A stretch of DNA of 53,859 nucleotides from a virus. Its lineage: Duplodnaviria > Caudoviricetes. The notes under the pieces were generated by a model. It did not search any database, was not told where the DNA came from, and was given only the letters and a program-made list of their open reading frames with translations. Shown here in pieces: positions 35,301 through 48,100 of this stretch. The stretch covers positions 1 through 53,859 of IMG/VR virus record IMGVR_UViG_3300030106_005380; one strand, 5' to 3'. Both the position numbers and the translations under genes were made by a program. How positions within the stretch are numbered: the first letter of the stretch is position 1; every line of letters starts with the position of its first letter.

Positions 35301-35410
35301 ACTAAGGAAACTAGTCAATGAAGAATAAGAGTCGGAGGAGAACTCCGAACTAGGTCATGTTAGGCATTCGCACGTATAACCTGAGTTGAACACTTCATTG
35401 ACTACTTAGT
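35301..35410. ncRNA. Unassigned multi-stem structured element
   Basis: ACTAAG/CTTAGT and TAGTCAATGAAG/CTTCATTGACTA closing stems enclose two hairpins and fill the intergenic gap. Confidence 0.55.
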
Positions 35411-35411
35411 T

Positions 35412-35603
35412 ATGGATAATCAATTACAACAAATAGCCGAAGATATAGTTCGTTTTGATCCTGACTTATTTGGGACATTAACGGAAATATCCTTCGGTAG
35501 TGATAACAATTTTAAGCTAAAGCGTATTTTAGATTGGGGTAACAAATGGCAAACTTCGAGCCAAGAACAAGTGACGGAAAGGTTCCCGCAAGAGCCTTCA
35601 TAA
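35412..35603 (+). CDS. Hypothetical protein
   Basis: 63-aa ORF overlapping the next ORF by 58 nt. Confidence 0.4.
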   Translation: MDNQLQQIAEDIVRFDPDLFGTLTEISFGSDNNFKLKRILDWGNKWQTSSQEQVTERFPQEPS

Positions 35604-35791
35604 GTAATAACAAAATTCACACCTATCAGGAAGAAGGGGAGTGGGTAGCATGGTATGGGTCAAGAGACATAGCCAAGTTTATGGCGAAGCATGAAATAGA
35701 TCCTTGTGGGTACGGAGAAACAAGAAAAGCTGCCATTATGGATCTTTGTGAAATACACGACATAAAAGGATGGACGAATATCAAATGGTAG
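35546..35791 (+). CDS. Hypothetical protein
   Basis: 81 aa; WVAWY...GYGETRKAAIMDL. Confidence 0.55.
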   Translation: MANFEPRTSDGKVPARAFISNNKIHTYQEEGEWVAWYGSRDIAKFMAKHEIDPCGYGETRKAAIMDLCEIHDIKGWTNIKW

Positions 35792-36159
35792 AAGGGGAGC
35801 CTCTTAAGGCTTGTGATTTATATTGTACGGTTGATGGGATCAATCGACGTAAAGACTTTACGGCAACAATCAGGCTGGCAACAGAGCGTGAATGTGGCAG
35901 GGAATTGTATCATGATCTGGTTGATCTACAGGGAGCCACAGCACGGGTTATAATTGCCCCAGATAATGTGGATCCAGAAGCACCCATGGTAAGTGATGAA
36001 GGCGCAAATAAGCACCCTAGTGGCTCTCTATCAAAGCGACTGCGTAGCGTCCTTTACAGGCGTTGGGAAAACTCAGAGCATTCCAAACACTTTTCTTTCG
36101 ACAAGTATTATAAGATGCAGATGGAAAGCATCATCGAGAGTCAGAAAGAACTTATTTAG
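35770..36159 (+). CDS. Hypothetical phage protein
   Basis: 129 aa; SLSKRLRSVLYRRW...FDKYY..QMESII pattern. Confidence 0.65.
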   Translation: MDEYQMVEGEPLKACDLYCTVDGINRRKDFTATIRLATERECGRELYHDLVDLQGATARVIIAPDNVDPEAPMVSDEGANKHPSGSLSKRLRSVLYRRWENSEHSKHFSFDKYYKMQMESIIESQKELI

Positions 36160-39100
36160 CCAGCACCTCTTCCACATCTTCAGGAACTTCAAATCCCTCA
36201 GAAGTATAAGGACGCATTCTTTTGTAGGCTGTTGATTCTTTTTTATTAATCAGCATGTAATTCATTGGGTTATCGCCTGCATCATCAATTAGTGGAGCGA
36301 CTTCCCATGTCTTAGAAAGCTCAAGCGAGATAGGTCGATTATCAGCCATGTTAACAAGATTGCCGTACTGGTCACGGCTCATATTTTCGACAACTTTCCT
36401 CAAGAAGTCAGGCTTTGAGTCTTTAGGAATGCCGTCAATTTTGTTATCCTTTTGTAATCGGTCTGCCACTTTCCCCTCAGCTTTAATCATGCTTCTAATG
36501 GAATCATGGTAGGCAGGGCTTTGGGTGTAGATACTCCATTCATTAATGGCTTTGGCTTCCTTCTTATCAAGAGTGAGCGGATTTTCGACAGCCTTGTTTA
36601 TCAGTCTATCCATATCCTTAAAGCTCTCCATACCCGTTTGTGCTAAGGCTCTCTCTATAGTTGGCATCACCTCAATTCTGAGAGTCATATCTAGAAGTCT
36701 TTGAGCGGGCTTCACAATTCTTAAGGTCGCTGGATCAGGATATTTAATAACAATAGTCCCATCCTTATCATCATCCACAAGAGTTGACCCACTCAAGTCT
36801 ATGCCCATAGATTGGAGCTGCATAAGATCGCTTCTGACGTCTGCACGCTGGAGCATTGCATGATCAAAAGAAGTTGTTTTAACAAACTCGCCTTTGCTTA
36901 CTTCAGTTGTGTCATCAAGGTCCAGTGTTTTTAGGCTTCCAGCAGGCATCACAGTTTTTGAAAGGAGAGGGATGTTTCTCTTCCAAGCATTCAAGAACTG
37001 GTCTGTTGAGGTCATATTAAAATCAAAAGGCTCACTTGGGTATCTGCGTCTCTGTATAGGATCAGTGACTCTTTGTAAGAATCTCCAGTATGGGGCAGGG
37101 ATTAGTGTTCTGGAGGAAATGATGTCAAAAGTGAAGTCGGCATACTCTTCAGGCTGAGTTTTGTTTTCATCATACTTGTTCTCTGTGAAGAGTGCCATTA
37201 CTGGACCACGAGGAATAAACTCCATCGCCATGTCCATTGTCTCACCTAAAGTGTCTCTAATATTCAACTGCTCATCTTCATCTCTTTCCTTAGAGATAGC
37301 GTCAATCCACAAGTCTTGTGTTGCTAATATGTTTAAGTATGGCAAGGCTCTACCTCTAAGCCATAATTCCTGACCTGCTGCCTCCTCTGCTCCATAGGCT
37401 TCAAGATATCCTCTTACAGCATTAGTGATCTTGTCTCCAAATATGCTTGGCATTTCATCAAGGTTGAGTTTACCGCCTGACATTAACCAGAACCTCTTAA
37501 TGTATTCATCGTTAATATCCATGTTGGTTCCAACCTTGCCTGCTTCGAGTTTTGATTTTTCATCATCCTCTTCACCTAAGAGTCTCCATAGAAGAGTTCC
37601 CATTGCATAAAGGCTAAATCCAGAAGCTGCATTACGCCATTCGGCTCCACCCATTTTATCTTTCTTGCCCTTGCTGGTTAATAGCTCAGGAACTAACCCC
37701 ACTGGAGTGGTCTTTGTTAACAGCTTCCCGTAGTTGTAAATGAAATTACTAAATGGAATCAGTGCTGGTTTTGCTGCCTGCATGAGAGGGTGTTTGCTAT
37801 CCAGCCACATAGGAATATTGCTGTAGTCAAAAGCAAATAGCATTGCTGTACCGTAGGCTTCGTCGTGGATAGCGTCTGTATCCTTTACGCCCTTCATCCA
37901 GTCTCTTATCCATTTCTTTTTAGGAACATCAATTTTGCGACCTTCTGCCTTAGCTTTTCTAACCGCATCATTGTATGCCATTTGAGCGTGTGCTTTGTAG
38001 GAGGCATACATAAGGTTCTGCTTAACGGTAGGATCCATCTCGTGGAACTGAGCAATCTTGAGAACAGCAGAGCCTCCTTTAAGGTTCAGTAAATCTTTAA
38101 CTAATGAATCTTTTGGCTCCTTGCGCTCTATGCCTGAAACTAAAGTGTTATTATCAAATTTCTCACGAGGTATAATTTCGTTATATTTAGTTCTGCGATC
38201 TGTTGCAGCTTTAATGGCTTTGCCTATTTGTCCTTCTGCGAGCAATTTTAAAGCGCCTTTATCATAATCCTCATCGGTCAGCTTGCCTCTGATGTAATCA
38301 TCACCTGTTAGGAATGTATCTATTCCACTGTAATTACTTAGCCTTCTTGTAGCCAAACCTTTGAGAGTTTGCAGACCTGCTCTCAATTCATATTCTGCTC
38401 GTCTCCTGTCCTGTGGATTAGCTGCTCCTGTAGCCAAATAGATAGCAGCTTTATTAATACGATACATTCCTGCAAGACCAGCCTGCATATTAGGTGCTAA
38501 CCAGTTGAATAATATAGTTGCTGGTGCTGTTAGGAATCCAGAAATGACCTGTCCTAATAACCCTTGAATGACTCTGCCAAACTGATCAGCTTTACTGTGC
38601 CTTGCTGAAAGGTTATCAATGAGCGCTTCATACGTGGGTCTATCCATCATACGGTCCTGACCAATAAAGCGACTGGCTTTCTTATCTCCAAATAGAAACT
38701 CTAATATCTTTTGCTCCCTCTCATCATAGTTAGATTCATTTTCATTGAATAAAACTTTTTCCTGATAAGTGCTAAGTTCTGGATTTTGTACTGCCTCTTG
38801 CCAAAATTTATTGAGTGATGTTCCTCTAGCAGACTTGTCACTCATGACTAAAAGCATTCCCTTTAAAATATCATTGATTGTCTTTTTGCTTAATTCAACA
38901 TGACCTTCTGGTAGGCTGCCATCTTTAGGTATCGGCTTCGTTGCTGCCTCGATAAGTTTAAAAGCATTGTTCCTGCTTGTTCTCTCAAGGTGTGACTCCA
39001 AGGCTCTTATATCAAAGCCTTCAAATATGTTTAAAGTTTGTCCCTTCTCTCTAGCTGCTCCTGTTTTAACTCTTCTTGCTCCGCTGGTATTTAAAGTGAA

Positions 39101-42100
39101 AGCGCCAAGTCTTTTCTTAAACTGATCTTTTTCTAGCGCCTCTCTTGCTTTTACAGCAGCACCGCCAAGGATGGTAGCGATAGCCACATCAGGGGTATAA
39201 CCCTCGACAAAACCAGGGTCGCCAAGCTCTGTGTCTCCGAAGGCTTGCTTAAGAGACTCACGGTTGAAGATCGGTGTTTTAATTCCACTCGATGATGTGT
39301 ATGTCGCATTGCCGAAAAGTGGGTTAATAAATCTAACAAGAAAGATTCCAAGATCAGGATATTTAGCAATGAAGTCATTGAATAATCGCTGTTGGTCCTC
39401 TGCTGTAAAATGCTGCACAAGTAAGTAACCGTCCATCTCAGGTATGTAATCGCCCAGCTTCAAGGTGTGTGTATTGCCTTCACTCTCCTCAGTCATATAA
39501 CTGCCCTTAGACAAGTTCATAGCGTCAGCCTCATACTTAGGAATGAATCCCATGCGGGCATCAAATCCTCTAAAGGTGAATTGATTTTCAGTTATGTCTG
39601 CGTCTGGATTAACAGATTCAACATTGAGCCTTGCAGCCGTTGTATGTAACTCAGCAGAAAACTCTTTAAGCCTCTTTGCCTTTTTAAGTATTCTCCAGAA
39701 TGGAACCCCAACACGTTTCTTTAGTTCTCTTGAAAGACGTTCGCTGTACTCATTCACAGCAGCTTTAACTTTAGCCACGTTGTATTCAGCATCCCTAAGC
39801 GTTGATCCTGCTGTTCCTGAACCGCCATATAGTCCAGACATAAAATCCAAGAAGTCATATTTGCCTTGGAAGAAACGTCTTCTCCATCGTGACATTTCAG
39901 TTAAATTGTCTTTTCTTTTCTTAGCTCGTTCTTCTTTCTTAGCTTCTTTAACTTTTTGAGCTGTCTTAAGAAGCTCTGCTGTGGCTTTGTCTTGTTGAGC
40001 TTTCTTAGCCTTGTAGTCCTGTTCAAGATTGTCAGGATCCAAAGCATACCTTGTGTCTCCAGCAGCAGGCATTACACCTTCTGCAATGGTTTTCCAGTTC
40101 TTGCCAAAATCTTTTTCTAGCGCTTTAGAAGCTGCTTTGAAGTAAGAGGATTTAGGATTGCCTTTATGTCTGTTGTAAAGGTTTATGAAATTTTGTTGCC
40201 TCTTGGTTTTTTCGACAGCCTTTGGACGACGCATGACCGCCTCCGCATATTCTCTATCCTCAACCATAGCGAGTAGATCAGGATGTCCTTTATAATTTTC
40301 AAGACGACGCCTTTCATTAATTAGATCTTCTACAATCTGCTTGGGCTGTCCGTCTTTTATAAGGGTACTAACCTGTTCAGCCAACTTAGTTTTAAAGTCA
40401 CTGGTGATCGGATTATCGTCATTAACAGGCTGTAAAGTTTCTTCAACCTTATCAGCCAAGGCGTAGAGCCTATCTTTATTCTCATCAGTTGCAGGAATAT
40501 GGTCATAAGCGCTCAGGATTGCCTCAGATGGCGCTCTATCCAGTGCCTTGGTAAATTCACCCTTGCCTTTAACAGCAGCAAGTTTCTTGCCTTCTACGGG
40601 ATCCAAAGCGAAGAGGGGAGGGACATACGGAAGTTGACCCTTCATCTCAGGGGTGAACTTGATAGCATGTGTTGGATCAAATCCCTCTGCATACTTCAAT
40701 TCAGTATTATCTAAAGTTTGTAAGAATTGGTTTATTTGATCAAAGTAAGTTGATAGTTTTTGATACGGTACGGCATAATCAAATGAACCTCCTGTTTCAA
40801 ACATTAAGTCCAACTGTTCAACAAACTTTAATAAACTTTTTGGGTTGTTCTCAATTGCAGCACTAACAAATCCACCTAACGCTTGTTCGCTTTTATTGGC
40901 TTTTTCCATTCCTCTGTAAGGCAAACGAGCGCTCACTAGACCTGAAAATTTCTTACCCATCATCTCGGAAAAATTCTCTTTATAGAAAATAGGGGCGTAT
41001 TTCCTCTCTCCAAGTCCTGTGTCCTCATAAGGCACTCTAATACCGTATGTTGGATTTTCGTTAGCTTCACTTATGAGTTTATCAAATTCTTCTTGATACC
41101 CTTTTCTATCATCAAATGGTATATAGGAATAAAGAATAGACACTAAATTTTGCTTATCTTTAATCTTTTCATCAAAATCAAAATCTGTTGCAGTCTCTGC
41201 CAGAGAAAAAGGCTGGCTTCCCATTCTGTATTCTACAAATGAAGGAATGTTTGAAACGTGGTCATAAAGATCTAAGTCGTCTGCGAGGATTTTAAATTTC
41301 CTGTGCAGTGGGGAAAAGTTTTGAGCGTCCTGACTGCTACTATCTTCAGTAATTCTAAAACGGCTCCAAACTGTTTTCCAGTAATCTGCAATCTCTTGAG
41401 TGAGTTCAGAAATATCATCAAAATTTATTCTGGAAACACCTCCAAAGGGGTTGATCATAGAGTATAAATCCGTCTTGTAATCCAATAACTTCATTCTAAG
41501 ACGATTGTATTCTTTATGCTCGTCAAATTCGCCATCTCTCATGGCTAAGGCTGAAGCCTTAACTCTACCCGTAGCTGTTTCATTATAGAGTCTTTTAACT
41601 TCAGGGGCTGGAATTTGATAAGCTGTGTCAAAAAGCAGTGGCTTACTTTCAAGTTTGGCGTTGAATTTTTTGAGGTAACCTTTCTTGCCAGTCAAGAAAG
41701 ATGGAGCTGCAACATCGTAAAGCATACGGTGTAACTGCCCTCCAATACTTAGATCATCACCACTATATGTGCCTTCGTCTTCTTTAGAAGAGCGTATAGA
41801 GTCAGCTACTTTTTTGCCTACAATATTTTCTAATGACTTATTGTGTAATCGGCTATCTGGGTCAGATAGTTTACCCGTTAAAGGAACGCTTCCCACATCC
41901 AAGGGGTCGCCTTCTACAGAAACAGCTTTTAAATATACCTTCCCATCTTCTTGTTTTGTGTACTTTATAGCTTTGACGTTTTGCCTTAATCTGTCTTTAT
42001 ACAGTTTAACCTGCATATTTCCTGTAGCCCACGCCAGTCCATCAAAATCATTTTTAACGGCTAACCTAATAGCGTGTTTCAAAGCAGCTTCATACCATGT

Positions 42101-45100
42101 ATTAAGAATCGGAAGGTAAGGTATATTGGTGGCAGTAAAGCCACCCGTTGCTATATCCTCCATGCCCTCTGCCTTTTGGTAGATTGCGCCTATTTGTCGA
42201 TCAAAGGCATCTATTGCACCCCCAGTTAACGAAGCTAAACCTCCTGAAAAGTCAGGAAAAAGCTGTAAGGATGTTAAAAATTCCTCATAACTAGGAATAA
42301 TCTTAGGGTCTATTGTTTGGTAAATCTCTTCAAGTGTTGGTGGAGCAATTCCGCCCATCTCTTTATCCTGAGACGCATTAAATTCTAAGGAACTTTCAAG
42401 ACGACTATACAGTTTTTTTGTACTAAGCAGTGTTCTTATTACCGAAGTTACTGTCTGCGGGCGACTCAATCCAGTGACTTGTACATTGCTAGTTCTTGTC
42501 CTTAACATATTGACATAGTCATTGTCGCTGTTAATGACTTCGATGAACCTTTCAGCAGTAGGAATTAATTTAAGTTTTTCAATCTCTTCGGGCGATAAAG
42601 ATTGAAGGGCTTCAACGTGATTTTTCTCAGATTCTAATCCTGCCCTTAACCATCTTACTGCGTCGTAGGTGCTGGAATCCCTATCACCCCTGCTCTCCAC
42701 TCGACCCCGTTGTTCTCTTTCAGACATTTCATCTGCTCTTGCTTCTCTAATGCCTGAAGTTTTATCCCATTCACCTAACACATCTATCAAGGCTTTTACG
42801 GCTACTTCATGTCTCTTGAAATGTTCCCTGTATGCCTTTTTACCCATTGACCTAATACCCTCTTTTCCAACAGCGTCAGCAGTACGAATGAGGTTATCTA
42901 TTTCAATACCAAAATCTTTTATCTGTTGTCTAAAGCCTGCATCTTGTCGGTAATCAGTCGCATAATCACTTTGAATTTCTTCTATGAATAAATATTTATC
43001 ACCGTTCTCAGCGATTCTGTCGCTGGTTCTCATGTGGAAAAGAATATTTTTCTTTATGCCTCCGAAATGTTGAGGTGTATATATAACCTCTTGGTCAGCT
43101 TCATCACTGGCGGGATCATATAAATAAAAAACAAATTCCTTATAATTTTCTCCACCCTTTTGTCTCCAGTCACTATACATGACGGAGTTTTCGTTTAACT
43201 CCGCAACCCCAATTCTCATTTGGTTTAACGATGCAAAGTCATACAGGTCTGCTTTTTTTATTGTCCCTTTTTGATATTGGTTGTTGTGATCTAATATCCA
43301 CTGCTCTAAGCCCATCCAATCAACCTCAGCTTTTTTAACTCCCGCTGTTTTGCCAGGCTTGAAGAACGCTAATGCTTGATCGATAGATGCTTTCTCTGGA
43401 AATTTATTTTTAATTGCGCTAACAACTCCTGAATAAAAAGGTTCAGTGTCAGGATCTAAAGCAAATCTTATATCCTCTCTCTCTGGATCAAATCGTTCAG
43501 ACAATGGAATGACGTTACCTTCATTGTCATAGGTAACTGGATCTGCTTTTTTAATCTGCTCAGACTCAAATACAGAATAAGTTGTTGTTGGCTTGTCCCC
43601 TCTAACCACACCTGTCTGATAGTTATCTCTGACGTTTTCTATGATGACGCCATCCTTGCCTTCTTTGAGGGCTTTCTCAATGACGTTTCTTGTTCTGCCT
43701 GCCCCTTGAGCGCTACGCCATTTCGCTCCTTTCCCGTCAACCATATAAGGGTCATCAATCTTAATATAATAGTAATCAGTTCTTGGTTCTGCGTTCTGAA
43801 AGTCAAATGCTCTAGTATCATCAGCGTAAGTGGTTGCTGTATTGTAATCCTTAGCAAACCAATGGACTGCTGTGTCTGCCCACTCTTTGGGTCTAAATAC
43901 AGGATCGCTATCTAAAAATCTTCCATCAGGAGTACCATGCCATCCCTTGTATTTATAACCTGCATTCTCCGCAGCTCTATCAAGGAGTTTAGTTAGGTTC
44001 CAATAGTTATTATCAGGATCCTCAGCTAACCTCAAATACTCAGCGTCAGTTTCAGGATCAATGGCAAAGCGTTTAGTTGGAGACTTCTTAATTGCATCTT
44101 CTATTTCTTTAGGACCATAGGTTCTTGCGGGTTCCTGCGTGATTAGTTCCTCGCTTATCAAGCCTACATCCTCTGCTTTTTTGAGGGCTTCAGCATCAGC
44201 GCTAATGTGCATCTTGATGCTTCGTAGTCCTAAGTCTCTTAATACAGCGTATCGGTGTCTGCCGTTTATAAATTGAACTGAAAGTTCTCCTTTGGAGTTG
44301 GATTTAATTCGTGCTTCACTGGCTCCAATCGGCAAGTCAGTTTCAAGATATTCTTTAAAGGCTTCATACCTATTTGCAGGGAAAGCAAATCCACGTTTTT
44401 TGGTTTTTCTTTCAACGCTTTTTTCTGGAAAAGCTACGCCTCCTTCTCCACCTTTACCTATATACAATCCTGTATTCTTTTTAAATAACTTATCAAAATC
44501 TTTAACATTAACTTCAACAAATTGACTGTCTTCAGATGGAGTTCCCCTTGGCGATATTCTGTTAATAATCCCTCTCTTAGTTTCAGGATCTAAGGCAAAG
44601 AGTTTAGTTCCTCTATCAGTTTTCCGATACGTCATTTGCGAAAAGAGATAATCAAAATGTGGGGTGAAAATTTCTTTCTGTTCTTGTTGAGTTGGATAAG
44701 CTCCTCCAGTGGGATCAATATTAGCGAGGAAGTCGTTTGAAATTCCAGTTCCTGCCAACTTATTAACCACGTAACCCTCGAAGGCTCTCGCTGCTAACTC
44801 GATATTGGTGGAGTAATAGTCTTCTGTTCTTGCTTCATCAAATTTCTCTGCTCTTTTCTTAAAGTCGCTTGACCTAATTTTTCTCATCAGATCAACAAAA
44901 GCATCTATAACGTCATCACTGACATATTGAGCAATAGGTTTAGAGTGGCTTGTGATATACTCTGTGATATAACCACTAGCGCCTACGTCTGTTTTGTCTT
45001 TCTCATTTAGTTTTGAATAATAGTTATCCAATCCATGGAACCACTCGTGGGCTAGGGAACCTGCTCCTCTTTTTTTCGTAAGATTGATAGCAATCTTGAT

Positions 45101-48100
45101 AGGCTCATAGTGTGCAGCAGCAGCTCTCTTACCACCACTGCCTCTAGCTCCAAAAGCTAAGGCTAAGGTTCCATCTAATGAAAGAGCTTCGGTCGGTATA
45201 TTAAGGACTGAAGCTAAATCATTAAGAGCATCATAAGTTTCATTAAGGTTCTGTTGGCGACGTTTATTCTCAACGTAGTTTCCAAACTCAACGCCTCTGA
45301 ATCCAAACCGTGACATGAATTGATCAGGGTCAATGTTTTCATTGGGTCTTCTTAACCTTTCACCTTCTCTTGGTCTGTTTTCCTCACGCCTGAGCTTTAC
45401 ATTTTTCTTTTCGTTAAAGAGTTGTTCTATTTCATCAAAGTTATCTCTTAGGTAAGCGTGTGCATCAGAGACTGTTTCAAACCCATCCTTAAGTCTTATG
45501 ATTCGTCTGCTAACCTTTCTAGCAATGTAAATACTTTTATCCAGTCGGCTTTGATAGACTCCGTATGGCTTACGTCTCCTGTCCTCTTTGTCAGGATCAG
45601 GCTCTGTCTTCATCACCCTTTTAATCTGATCAGCTATTTCCATGATAGCTTCTTGAGGATCAGTCTTGAAGGATTTAGGGGCTGTTATTTTTGCTCTTTT
45701 GTTGTACTTGGCAACGTAAGCGTTAGTGGGCTTGTCTAGTGGCTCGCCCTGTTTGTCATAATTAACATTTCTGAAGTAGCCGATGCTCCACTTTTTAGCC
45801 TTAGTAAAATCAGGTAGTCCTAATGCTCGATACAGCATTGTTTTGCTCGCTATCTTTCCTAGCTGAGTGTTGACCCCATTAGCAGGAGCTATACCCACCT
45901 TTTTTCTTAAATCATAGTCTTCTTGTGTGGGCGTACGTCTTACAAAGGAATAAGATTTGATGTCCTTTAAAATTCCTGCCTCGTGAGAAAGTAATTCTTT
46001 CCACGCATTTGCAACTTCTGAATCAGGCTCTGTAAGTAGCTGGGTGGCTATCTCTCGCAAGGTTCTAAAAGTTTCAGCCCAGTTTCTGAGTTTAAATTTA
46101 CCTTTTGGTTTAGCAGGAATTGAATCTCTTATAGCAGCTATGGAAGCAAGCGTTTCAATACTCACACCTTCCTTAGCGAGTTGCTTGTAGTTTGGCATCG
46201 GGAAGTCCTTTGCCATCGTTATGTTGGCATCATCACCAACAAAACTTTCCATCTTCTCTAAATAGTCAGCATAAATATCTTTCTTAGCTCCACCTATCTT
46301 TTGACCAAAGTCCTCAATCTTTTCTTTAGTTTTTGGCAGTTGTGGCTCTCCAACTGGTAATGTTGGTGACTCTTTTTTCTTAGACTGAAAATTGAAAAAC
46401 TGTTGCTGTACTCTTTTAATGCCTCTTCGAGCAGGAGCATTACTGAAGTTAAAAGTTCCCTGATCAGGATCTAAGGCATAAACTTTTAAATCGCCAAGGA
46501 CTGGAAATGTTTTACCAGAACCGACAGTCCTATCATAGTTTTGTGACTGAGTGATGGCATCGGCAAGAACTGACCTGACTTCATCTAATCCTGAAATAGC
46601 ATCTACAGCCTCCCATTTTCTTCCCTTGCGTGGGGTTCTTCTAAATTTGTTTCTTAGTCCATCTATAAAGTCTACAAAAGATCTAACAGCTCGCTCACTT
46701 AACTTCGGTTCTTTAGGTAGGAATTTATCCCAGAACCTTTTATCCATGAACATATCGCCAGCAATGTTAGCTAAAGCCTCTTCTTCTATAACGCTAAAGT
46801 CGCCATCGTAAACGCCATGGTATTGACCAACGACAGTGCTTACTAACTCAGGGTAGAACCTTGCGTTCTTCTTTACGGCTGCTTTGTATTTGGCATAGAG
46901 GTCAGGATTAGTTTTCCTAAGTGTGTGCATAAACTCATGACCGAGTGTGGCAACAGGATCCCTGTATCCATCCAAGTTAATAAAGATAGTCCCTTCACTT
47001 ACAAGTCCTGACATGCGCTGACCTTGATCAGCTTTGTCTGCTGGCTCCATGAGGATAATGCGTCTGCCTGTCCTTTGCTCAAGGGCGAAAACAAGAGGTA
47101 AATTAATTCTGCCATCTACATCAGTTACATCTACAGGAACAAATTGCTGGGCTTCTGGCTGGCTTTTGTTTAAGCGATCAACCAGTTGTATTTGTTTCTT
47201 AGGGGATGTTTTAAGTTTTGTGGGAAGGCTGGCTAATCTCTCTTCTTTAGAACCCTCTTCCTCTAGCGTCTTTTGACCTGCTGCCGTGTTTTTGGCAGAG
47301 TTCATAGCCCGTTCAATCGCATCATACATTTTGCTCACAGAGTCGTATTCTCCGAAGAGTCCTTGACCTACAAGCGCCCTCATCATTTGATCAGGGTACA
47401 TGCCAGTTTCGCTGTAAATGCTATTGAAAACAGGGTTGGTTATATCTGGTTTGTCATCCCAAAGGCTTTGATTTTTTTTGTACTTTTCTTTGTTTTGCTT
47501 TTCAGCTTGAGATGATGACAAAAGACCGCCTTCATCAATGATGGCTGCGACAACTGGATCCTGTTCGTAAAATTCAACAAGCGGAGCAGTTCGCCTTGGT
47601 CTTCCAACTGGAGTCTCTACCGTCGGGGTCAGTACCCCTTCTTCATCGGGCGTAGTCGGCTCTTGTATGGATTCTTCTTCTTCTTTTTCTTCGGTTCGCT
47701 GGCGTATGTTTTCTTCCGTGCCTGTGAAGGTAGCTGGGTCATTGATGTCTTCCTGTACATTTCCTTGTGGTGTTTGTGTTGTTTGTTGGTCGTCTAATAT
47801 ATCAACAGCTCCAGATCGGTTTTGACCTGTCGGTGTATCCTGTCTAAATTCCCCAGTCCCTGGTCTTTCTGTACCAAATTCTCCTGTCCTAGTTACCTGT
47901 CTAATGCCTGCCTCATCTTCTACAGCTTCACGCTCCTCTTGGGCAGTTTCTTGAGCAACTTCCTGCTCGTCTCTTTCCTGTTCTAAAGTTTCTGTTTGTT
48001 CCGTCGTTAAATCTTCATCAACCTTTTCTGTTTGCTCTTCAGTATCTTTCTCTGCACTTTCTTTTTCAGGTTCAACCTTTTTACCTTCTTTTAAATCAAT

